From: Ginkgo biloba | Taxonomy: Eukaryota > Plantae > Ginkgophyta | Length of the DNA: 20,562 nucleotides | Direction: 5' to 3' | NCBI GenBank assembly: GCA_024626585.2 | Contig: JANKJI020000002.1 | Coordinates: 38,810,786 to 38,831,347, forward strand | Shown: positions 10,709-20,562 of the stretch, piece by piece | Layout: every line of letters begins with the position of its first letter | How positions within the stretch are numbered: the first letter of the stretch is position 1 | Translations under genes and position numbers: made by a program | Notes under the pieces: generated by a model | Seen by the model: only the letters and a program-made list of their open reading frames with translations | Databases searched by the model: none | Told to the model about the DNA's origin: nothing

Positions 10709-11580
10709 TAATTAAAGATAGTATCATACAATTGCAAGATGTTGTCAAGTTGTCTTTAATGCCTTGCATTTTAGATAGTTAAACTTGCACCATCTTTCAT
10801 CTTTCAATGAGACCTTTATGGGTATCAGTGTCAGTAAGACATACAGGAAGCACTTACCAACCTCTTAACCTATGTTGCAATGATAAGAGACACTAGCTCT
10901 GGGTTTCCCTTAGTCCTGATCAAGTAGGCTTGACCTTATTTCACCAACCAATACTACTTTGGTTTTCTTCGAAATTCAATATCCATGCCACTTAGGTATG
11001 GACTTCTAAAGATGACCCCGCACACATCCAATAGCACCACATCAAACTCTATCTCATCTATGAAATCCTTNNNNNNNNNNNNNNNNNNNNNNNNNNNNNN
11101 NNNNNNNNNNNNNNNNNNNNNNNNNNNNNNNNNNNNNNNNNNNNNNNNNNNNNNNNNNNNNNNNNNNNNNTCTAAGGCTAAATTTAATGCACTCTTCTTG
11201 GCTGACTCTGGCCCAACTTTCAAGGTCAAATTTACAATAGTTTGTTGGGTTGTAACAAGTATCTCTTAGATTATCATTCTTTCCCTCTAAGCAAGGCAAC
11301 TCACTCCTCTCTCTTTCTATTTTCTGTACTCTGGCATGATTTTGCTTAACTAGAGAAGTCATTGTTCTCCTTAGTTATTTTTCTGCTTGTGAGAGCCCAG
11401 TGCCTTTAGTTGGGTTCTTTTTGCATATATGTATGCTTAGATCTTGTCCTCTGATTGAGGCAACGTCAATAAAGGATTTTTGGTGGATTGTTTTTGCAGC
11501 CCGGTGGAGTTGTTCACCTAGAAAGGTGACGCCAGGATTTTGGCAAGTTGGGGATTGATTTCTAACTACATTTCTCTGCA
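10709..11580 (-). mobile_element. Degenerate Ty3/gypsy (CRM-like) gag-end/protease/linker remnant within the intron
   Basis: Reads ECIKFSLR|KDFIDEIEFDVVLLDVCGVIFRSPYL...FRRKPK*YWLVK*GQAYLI..LVSLIIAT*VKRLVS...QLDNILQLYDTIF, the same domain type as the protease tail at 1-400 and 1230-1620. A weak zinc-knuckle remnant (PTCQNPG...QLH) lies near 11500-11550. Outer boundaries are undefined. Confidence 0.75.
11171..11258. repeat. Diverged direct repeat, copy B (partner 10613-10708)
   Basis: Aligned by eye with 10613-10708. Confidence 0.85.
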
Positions 11581-13266
11581 ATTTACCCTTGGAAGCAAGT
11601 CACAAGACTTGAGGCTACAAAAGGAGGACATTTGCATGCTCAAAGGTATGCGGTAGCATCAACAAGAGCTTTTTTTCCACGCAAGTGCTTACTTCTATAG
11701 TATTCTATAACTCTAAATCTACAGGTAATTTTGGCTACCATAAATTAATCGAATATTTTCTACAGTTTTTTCATAGAATTATGTTTTCTAGTTTATGCAT
11801 GCATAATTAATGGTTCTAAACCCTATCTTTGGGGAATTATACTCTTCTCAGTAGGGCACTGCTAGTCATGGGGTTTATTCACTATATTTGTGGTTGAAAA
11901 TGACCTTTATGGATAGTTGTGCAATAATTCATTTTGTCCTGCAATTTCTGAAATCAGCGCTATTCTACTATAGAAAACCTTAGTGACTGAGTCTAAGATA
12001 GTATTGACTTTCGCCGAAGTCTTGGTAGGGGGTTTGATGCCTTAACCCAAGGCACCTCTGTATGAGGCTATAGTTTTTCCCTATCATGCATACTTTTGGG
12101 CTACTGATAGTGGTGTTTATTGATACCCCAAAAGGGCTAGATTATTGTCCATGTTGAGCCTCTTACTACAAGTTTTTATAGTCTANNNNNNNNNNNNNNN
12201 NNNNNNNNNNNNNNNNNNNNNNNNNNNNNNNNNNNNNNNNNNNNNNNNNNNNNNNNNNNNNNNNNNNNNNNNNNNNNNNNNNNNNNNNNNNNNNNNNNNN
12301 NNNNNNNNNNNNNNNNNNNNNNNNNNNNNNNNNNNNNNNNNNNNNNNNNNNNNNNNNNNNNNNNNNNNNNNNNNNNNNNNNNNNNNNNNNNNNNNNNNNN
12401 NNNNNNNNNNNNNNNNNNNNNNNNNNNNNNNNNNNNNNNNNNNNNNNNNNNNNNNNNNNNNNNNNNNNNNNNNNNNNNNNNNNNNNNNNNNNNNNNNNNN
12501 NNNNNNNNNNNNNNNNNNNNNNNNNNNNNNNNNNNNNNNNNNNNNNNNNNNNNNNNNNNNNNNNNNNNNNNNNNNNNNNNNNNNNNNNNNNNNNNNNNNN
12601 NNNNNNNNNNNNNNNNNNNNNNNNNNNNNNNNNNNNNNNNNNNNNNNNNNNNNNNNNNNNNNNNNNNNNNNNNNNNNNNNNNNNNNNNNNNNNNNNNNNN
12701 NNNNNNNNNNNNNNNNNNNNNNNNNNNNNNNNNNNNNNNNNNNNNNNNNNNNNNNNNNNNNNNNNNNNNNNNNNNNNNNNNNNNNNNCTAAAGTCGTCTC
12801 ACTTTTACATCTATCTTAGTATCTTGTTTGAAAACCTAAATTATTATGTTTTGCAGGTTTAGAAAGGGCAGGGTATAACAATTAGTTTTTAAAAGTCTCA
12901 TAATAGCAGTTGCAATCTTCAAGGGAAGTTCTTTCCACAATCTACTTTCAATAGTTATTTCTTATTGCCAATGCATTACAGACCTTATCCTACTAAAGTC
13001 CACAAATAAAGTTATGCATGTAGAGTTAGCTTTTTCAATTTACAGACTTGTCATCTTAAGTTTTTTTGGGCAATAACTCCCAAAGACTGTAAATTCATAT
13101 GATGGTTGTTATAATACCCAAAATAGTTATAAATGCATTTAGAAGCTNNNNNNNNNNNNNNNNNNNNNNNNNNNNNNNNNNNNNNNNNNNNNNNNNNNNN
13201 NNNNNNNNNNNNNNNNNNNNNNNNNNNNNNNNNNNNNNNNNNNNNNNNNNNNNNNNNNNNNNNNNN

Positions 13267-14809
13267 AATTCATATATAAGAAAAATTTAGGCCTATAATC
13301 ATTCTCTTATGTTTGATTACTGGTGGCATAATGACTCTTTGAGAGTTGACCTCAATCGTTAATTTTGTAGTCCTAACTCCAAGATGTGACCAATAATCAA
13401 ACTTAACCCTCACAAGAGAGCAGTAGCTCGCAAGCATTAAAGGAAGAATCATAAGATGTAACTCGTTGATCCTTTCTATGGATCCATAAATGTAGTCGTA
13501 ACTCTCATGTATTCCCATGGAATGTTCCATATGTAATTAGTGGCATAGCTTAAGCAAGTTAGATTATAGAAAAATGACTTTGACCAACATACATTACCAT
13601 TGTGGTTTTCCTTTGACCAAGCAAACATCCAAACAATTTGTTTACTATTCCTATAGTTTAATTGTCTTACACAGGCAGATTGCTTATCCTCTTCATTGAA
13701 CACCATATGAAGGGTCGAAGCAAGGTTGTAATTACTGGATGTTGCATTTGTAATCAACATCTCTTTGAATTTATTTGCATAAAAGGCAATGGAAGATCCC
13801 GATACGTCACTTTTAATTACTAGATGGAAGGTTGGCGTAAGGTGGTTATGATCGAAAAGTTGATTGTTTATTATAATCTCTCCATAATTTATGTAATTTT
13901 TCAATTTCTTCAAATCCTAGCACACCTTAATAAGCATCTAGGTTGTTTACCCATAGTGGATTTTAAGCATAAAGTTTTTTTAGGAGGTATATATAATGGT
14001 GGTCATATCTCTAGTTTTTGGATATATTATCGGCTATCTCATTGTAGTGCATTCAATTCTCCTTTGTTATCCCAATCAAAGTATTAAGTTGAATGTCACT
14101 AGTAGCATCATCTTGTTGATATCTTCCTTGCTCATTCTTATCATCATGTTGTTTGTCTATGGTATCTCCCAATTTTTGTTTGTCTCCATGCATTTCATAG
14201 TTAATAATAAGTTCTTCAAGATAATCTTCTAGCTCTTGTGAATCCCCTAGATTAAATTCCTCTACTTTTATTAATCATTCATTAGTTTCTTCAAACGTAA
14301 ACATGCATTTCATAGTTTCCTCCACTATCCTTAGTGTTTTTATCTCAAACTCCATAAAAATTGTCTATGAATAGTTAGCCTTTCCTTGGTGTGCATGTTG
14401 CAAACAACTTGTCAAGATACTCATCGTAATTACTCAATATTGCATAGTGGAAGTTGTCTACATGATTATCCGAAGATGATTTTTCTCAGCATAAAGATAG
14501 TATTCAAAACTTATTTTCTTAAGAAAATATCAGATCTCCTATAAAATTCATGACAATTTCTTGCATTTGCTCACTATCTTTTGCTCCAAATTCTATTAAG
14601 GGCAAAACTTTATTAATTTTTCTTTTATGCTTAGGCCTAATATGTCTAGTAATATGTCTAGATCCATTCTAAATTTTGGTCATGGGGTCGAGTTGCTTTC
14701 CAAATAATGCAGATTGGGTGGTATGTTAACCATGCCATTAGTTGGAAAGGATGCCAAACTAGATTGGCCTGACCATGCCCTTTTAAGAGCTTACATAACC
14801 AAAAAAATG
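13267..14809 (-). mobile_element. Possible highly decayed TE-derived coding remnant, family unassigned
   Basis: The minus strand is A/G-skewed with acidic peptide stretches (KVEEFNLGDSQELEDYLEELIINYEMHGDK) and the longest gap-free ORF of the window (13476-13913). No recognisable domain motif. Confidence 0.3.
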
Positions 14810-16029
14810 NNNNNNNNNNNNNNNNNNNNNNNNNNNNNNNNNNNNNNNNNNNNNNNNNNNNNNNNNNNNNNNNNNNNNNNNNNNNNNNNNNNNNNNNNNN
14901 NNNNNNNNNCACCTTTTCAGTATGTCCTTTGACTTAGTGATTGAATACTAATTAATCAACTAACTGACTGACTGACAAGGCCTTCATGATACTAACACTA
15001 TCTCATTAGGTTCATTACATCATGCCCAATGACTTTTTAGCATAGAATCAACTACTCAGCCACCAGCGCAAGTGCATGATACAAACATATGAGAATGACA
15101 ATTAAGCATGGCGAAAAATTTATATATGAACTTAACCAACACTTATGCTTTGGCTTTAAACAAATATATGATAAGCAAAAGGAAGAAATATGGAAGCAGC
15201 ACTAGACCTACTAAAACCAAGGAAAGTAAGAAAGATTGCACTTAATGTGACTTCCTTTAGAATGTAAACAAAAGAGCTCCCATTGCCCTATTCAAGCATG
15301 CTTACAAGGAAAACCTACATATAGCCATAAGGCACATCATAATATGTCGCAAACACTCACAACATAAAGAACCTTCATGCTAACTATTCTATCCCCAAGA
15401 ACCTCCAAGGTAGTAAATAAGTGGAAGATCGAAGCAACAGTGAGCTTACAAGCCTTCTAATACAAAAGACAATTAGCAAGTGAAGGCCTCTGACAGCAAT
15501 TGATAAGAAGGCATTGGCAGCTTCCCATTATAATTACCACAAGATGGTCACCCATCCTTCAAATGCAATCCAGTTTGTAGAACTCCAATGCAGTTGGGCA
15601 GGCTTAGCCATCTAAGTCATAATAAAAGAGTTGGGATTATCATTGGGAACTTAGCATTTACTTGAATAGGCAATCTCCTAGGCCAATAATGTTGCCAATG
15701 TAGAGCAGAGAATGAGACTGCATGCATGGGAATGATGATTTATACCAACAAACACAAAAAGGGAAATTCACTCTCTTTTGCCAATCAACATCTTTGGAGT
15801 AGTATTCTGCAAATATTGGGTTGACTACTCATTTTGCTTGTCTCTATCATAGTCATCTGTTGAATACCCTAGATCAAAATCTTGACTATCCATAATGAAA
15901 TTGCAGAAATTATATCTTGCCTTACACAAAAAAAACGTGACTTATACTACTCCCAAAAGTTACCCAATTGTTGTTTACAATATTTGTGACTTCACCTAGT
16001 CCCCATTATAAGAGTGTAACTAAACACTA

Positions 16030-16622
16030 TGTTGGGATTTTAAACAACTATCAATCACATGAAAAATTTGTCTCTAGGAAAAAGGACTAGGGAGAGGATG
16101 AGAAATTTTATGACAAGAAATAAAAGAAAGACACAACTAGTTAAAACTAGATATGGAATGATGGACAAGTGAAAACTATATAGAAGGTTTATGATTGACC
16201 AAAAGTGAAGGACGAAGAGTCAGAGTGCACATTCACCACATATGCATGAGTTCTCATAGACTTAGCTCCACCCACCATGCTATTGAACAATACTCAAAAC
16301 AAAGACAATTTTGAAAGAAGCCAAGGATGTGAAGAAAAATAAAATCTTCATTAAACTCAAAATTCACATAATACAATTACAAAAATATGTCCCTATTTAA
16401 AGCTCTCAATTTTTGTAACTCATGCGACACATATTTGACATGTGGAATTCCTTGCATGTAACTCTCATTCTCCACTTTTATGACTTAATATTATAATATT
16501 TCAAATATTGTAACCTTCCTATAACTTTACATAAGCGTGTAACCACTTTATAACATTCACATTAATAACTGACTAACATAAATGTGACTTGACTAACCTT
16601 TAATTAACATTAATTTCTAACA
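16030..16622 (-). mobile_element. Probable solo LTR, Ty1/copia-like (~593 bp)
   Basis: Termini TGTTGGGATT...AATTTCTAACA form an imperfect TG..CA inverted repeat. A minus-strand TATA-like CTTTAAATAG is at 16402-16393, and there are TAACT/GACT-rich repeats typical of copia U3. No PBS/PPT flanks it and no clean 5-bp TSD remains. Confidence 0.55.
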
Positions 16623-17568
16623 ATTTTGAAATCTTTAATTTTGATCACTCTACGTGCTCCATCTAGGGCTATGAAGTTTGTCAATCAACTAGCCATTAAG
16701 CCGTATATTAGAGCATCCAAACAATTTTTCAAAATACAATTACAAAACTATTAACAATTTAATGAGGGAGAAAGCCGGTCTCTGCTGGATTATTGGTGAC
16801 CACAGCATTCAAAGAANNNNNNNNNNNNNNNNNNNNNNNNNNNNNNNNNNNNNNNNNNNNNNNNNNNNNNNNNNNNNNNNNNNNNNNNNNNNNNNNNNNN
16901 NNNNNNNNNNNNNNNNNNNNNNNNNNNNNNNNNNNNNNNNNNNNNNNNNNNNNNNNNNNNNNNNATAGATTAATACAAGTAAAAGTTTGTACCCTTGATT
17001 GGTGATGTATGAATGGCTATCCGCACGGATTGCATGGGAGCTTAATGGCCTACTTGATGCATTTGTTCTATGGAAATGAAGTCATAAGGATTGCATGACT
17101 CTGTTGCCAGGTCAGAGATGGACATTGACCGCACCATGACCTATGTTTCAGTGGGGAGGATCGATTCAAGGGAACCACTAGTAGGGAGTATTGGTTCCTA
17201 AATCCACATAATGCAAGAATCAATTCTAAAGATCTACCAACAAATACTTGTATGTCGGCAGTAGGATCCCTAATAGATGATATGATAGTGGCACCATTGT
17301 TTGATGATGTTTCTAGCTAGAAGTAGGGGAATCATCTTAGCATGCAATTGACTTCATGCATGCATGATGCTACCATGCTTCATAATCCCAATACTTTGAG
17401 GTATACTTTGGGTTGATCCTGTGATAGAATAGGATAGATTATGTGTTGCATTAATGTTGCTTGATTGAGTTTACACACATGTAAAAAGTTTGAGGAACCA
17501 AGGATGGCGACTAAAACAAAAATACATACTTCTTTAATTACTTTAAAAACATATAAAACCAAATCATA

Positions 17569-17589
17569 GAAGAAGAAGAAGAAGAAGAA
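17569..17589. repeat. (GAA)7 microsatellite
   Basis: Read directly from the sequence. Confidence 0.95.
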
Positions 17590-18082
17590 AGGATGGATAT
17601 TATAAATTAAAGGGGTAAGGAGTGGGAATTGTAGATTGAAAATAAAAGAAGAGGTAAGAATGCCATTAAAAAATATATTGACATGATTTATAAATTTTAG
17701 GTTTAATCTTATCTTTGCAAACATGTCCATTCGTTTTAAATGTTTTCTTTGCCAAACTTGAACTCGAACATGTTGACCTGGTCCAAAACCCTACAAAGCT
17801 CAGAAAAATATTCATAGCTAGAAAACCTAACCTTTATAACTCTGAAAACGTTAAAAAAAACGTAGTGATCCAAACGGGAAACTACTAAATAATATAGAGA
17901 AANNNNNNNNNNNNNNNNNNNNNNNNNNNNNNNNATTTAAAGAACATATAATGCCATAGTAAGAAACAATATCCAATTATATAACACTTGAAATATCAAA
18001 TAACCACGATAATCCAGTCACATGATAACATCAAATTGTCAGAAATAGTCAAACTGCAGAAATACTTGAAAGAAAAGAAGGG

Positions 18083-18447
18083 TGTGGGGCACCACGTGCC
18101 ACCCACAAATAATCACTAAATTGGGAGCAATTACTACCCAAAGTAGATTAGTCTTCTAAAAAGAAGAAAAAATGGATGAAAGATGATGAATGGATGATGA
18201 AAAAGAGGTGAAACAAGGCCCTTTTATAGTTTAGACTTACGCGCCTTAGTTCTAGAGTCATGTCACTTGGATAAGAGGTCAATTTTTGGTCTTAAAGAGC
18301 CTTTTAGCTAATTAAACTTGGGTGCTTGGTTATAAGCCCTCTTTTAGTGCTAATTAGGATTAAATTTAGGCTCCTTTAACCCTTAGCCTTAGGTATTCAC
18401 CCTCTTAACTATTATTTAAGGCCTAATTTGTATCTTGGGACACAATA
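18083..18447 (-). mobile_element. LTR-like fragment (gypsy-type), boundaries tentative
   Basis: A minus-strand TATA box CTATAAAAG (18229-18221) is followed by a CT-rich leader. The termini TGTGGGGCACC / GGGACACAATA are weak, and there is no TSD. Confidence 0.35.
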
Positions 18448-18697
18448 GAATTGCCTTTGACAATGGCATGCTTCTCAATTTTTTACCTCACTATGTTCTT
18501 CAACTATCTCAACAATTCGGGGTGGAAAACTCACATTATAAATAATGGGGAATCACTATTGATATTTTACAATCAAAGAGGGATTTGTTTATTTAAATCA
18601 ATATATAAATAATAAAAAATATATAAGTGACCCCTCTAATACCTAGGTGCACATACGAATGTGCCATTATATGCATGCATACATACTAAGTAGGAGA

Positions 18698-19308
18698 TGA
18701 TAGGCTTAACACCCTTTAGAACTCACATTATCTTGATTTGTAAGAACGGTTATGACCAAAGGGAAAAAGTGGGCACATATACTTTAGTTATTTATATCCT
18801 AGTTTAGAATGAGAGTTTTTATTATATCAATTTTTCTCTTAGATTCGAAACATGTCCATGCACACAAGATGACTCCTTGTATGGATAGCAACGTCTTATT
18901 GGTGGAAGCATACATGGCATAGATATATTTGGATATATATACTCTTTGGACCTAACCGAGCTATATAAACAAGTAGAGGCCATGAGACACACATACATAT
19001 TCATGCATGTATATACATATTCTTATACTTGTGCACAAAATAATCTTATAAGAGATTCTTCTATTAGATTTTATAAGAGAGATTTTATTAATATAATCTA
19101 CTTTACTTCTNNNNNNNNNNNNNNNNNNNNNNNNNNNNNNNNNNNNNNNNNNNNNNNNNNNNNNNNNNNNNNNNNNNNNNNNNNNNNNNNNNNNNNNNNN
19201 NNNNNNNNNNGGATTCATCGCTTGGTGAATATATCCCCCAAAAAAATGCTTTATAAGTAGAATATAGTGTTAAGAACAAATGTTTTCTATTTTTCAAAAG
19301 TCTTATCA
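18698..19308 (+). mobile_element. LTR-like element with TGAT...ATCA termini (contains a 100-N gap)
   Basis: Imperfect terminal inverted repeat TGATAGGCTT...AAGTCTTATCA, TATA box CTATATAAAC at 18961-18970, and a purine-rich AAGTAGGAGA (PPT-like) immediately upstream. No TSD. Confidence 0.45.
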
Positions 19309-20274
19309 TAAAGATCGGAATCAATTAACATGACACTAGTTTTGACTATCAATACATATTAAGCAGGCTTGAAAGGGCGAGGGGGGAGAGGAATTGATGT
19401 GATTAAAATCACGATCTACCATGTGGAAAATTGCCCTTCTACAATAAATGATCTGAAAGATACACTTGGATATCCCTGATGTCCTAAAAGATGCATGACA
19501 AACAACTACTTCCTATCTAAGCTTTCCTTGAAGCATTTAACAAGGATTGTAGGAATCAATACTATAATCCTGATGGAAAAAACTCTAGCGTTGAAGGTAC
19601 CATTTCATGGCAACAATGATATGTGTGCCAAGAGAAGTAAAAGCAAAACCTATTTACAATAACTTGATGATGTCAATTCATCTTATGTTGCATGGAGTGG
19701 AAGAAATGCCTACTTAAAGTGTAACATCAAAACTCATGTACTCTAGTGCCTAGAGAAGAATGAAATTGCATGATCTTATAGAAATATCCAATTGGGACCA
19801 AAATGATCACAAGCAGCATCGATATATCTCGTGAATGGAATATGATTATTTAAAGGTTGCCTTAACTATGGCAGTCACAAATTGACAATGGAAAACCAAA
19901 CAAAAATATGGTAGCCATACTTTCTACCATAGTTGCACAAGTGTCAGTAAATGGCAAAGTTTCCAGTTGGTGAAAATAAAATGAAAATGAGTTTTCCAAA
20001 AAGTGCAAAAGACAGGGTGGGAAACATCTGTACAAAATATAGGTTAATTGTTTCTTAAATTACTATTGGTTGTTGACAGAGGTTTCTGCCAACATAAGAT
20101 ACATCCAGTCATAGCATTACCCATGCAAGCAATCAACACAAGGGTTAAGCAGATCTACCAGAGCATAACACCATCCAAGGAAATGAATAGAAATACGAGA
20201 ATGCAAGACATTTCATTAAGATGGAGGCAGTTTCGAGAGTCTGAACTGCCCCAGGTTTTACATCCACTATGAGA

Positions 20275-20288
20275 TCTCTCTCTCTCTC
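20275..20288. repeat. (TC)7 microsatellite
   Basis: Read directly from the sequence. Confidence 0.95.
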
Positions 20289-20562
20289 CATTCCTCTATA
20301 TCCCCATGATCGACAATATACACATATTTATNNNNNNNNNNNNNNNNNGCCATCTGCACCTAATTGACCATTAAGACAATATTAGTGGCAATACATTACA
20401 ATGATATTATGACATTAGACAACCCAATGTCGTAATTGACTATCCAACACTCCCACAAGCCTAAACCATTGTCTCATCCCGAGATAATTAAGTGCAAAAT
20501 ACTCTGGATCCCTGCCTTCGTAGGTAACCATCATCGGTATTCAACTTTGTTGAAGTCAGGAA

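Larger units (their letters stand above)
8275..20562 (-). other. Very long TE-containing intron of the SAFE1-like gene (upstream exon not seen)
   Basis: There is an acceptor at 8275, but no match to the expected preceding exon (..DMLPYLRLGY..SQGP.CP) was found by eye in the called bases. That exon could be hidden in an N gap. Confidence 0.6.

Noticed and set aside
17340-17380. CATGCATG RY-like repeats
   Set aside because: These are expected products of CpG deamination in methylated repeats, and there is no promoter context.
20488-20562. Minus-strand peptide FLTSTKLNTDDGYLRRQG as an upstream SAFE1 exon (cf. AALNTEDPQY)
   Set aside because: Only LNT.D is similar, the rest does not align, and the intervening expected exon is not visible.

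Overview
This is AT-rich, CpG-depleted eukaryotic nuclear DNA from a gapped draft assembly (16 N-runs), most likely a large-genome seed plant such as a gymnosperm (inferred from TE types and intron size). The only host gene evidence is the last two coding exons, on the minus strand, of a plastid SET-domain/Rubisco-LSMT-family methyltransferase. They closely resemble the C-terminus of Arabidopsis SAFEGUARD1 (SAFE1, At5g14260) as recalled from memory. Upstream of them is a very long TE-filled intron, with no further exon visible in about 12 kb. Bases 1 to ~4990 are a decayed CRM-like Ty3/gypsy chromovirus (PR-RT-RH-INT-chromodomain, PPT, 3' LTR) whose PR-RT segment occurs twice head-to-tail. The intron holds another gypsy protease remnant and several LTR-like fragments. 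Most ORF-track entries are N-gap artefacts or antisense frames. I found no convincing new biological system. The most interesting items are a patchwork templated insertion in the retroelement and a CAG|GTGAGT dual acceptor/donor site at the end of the giant intron.
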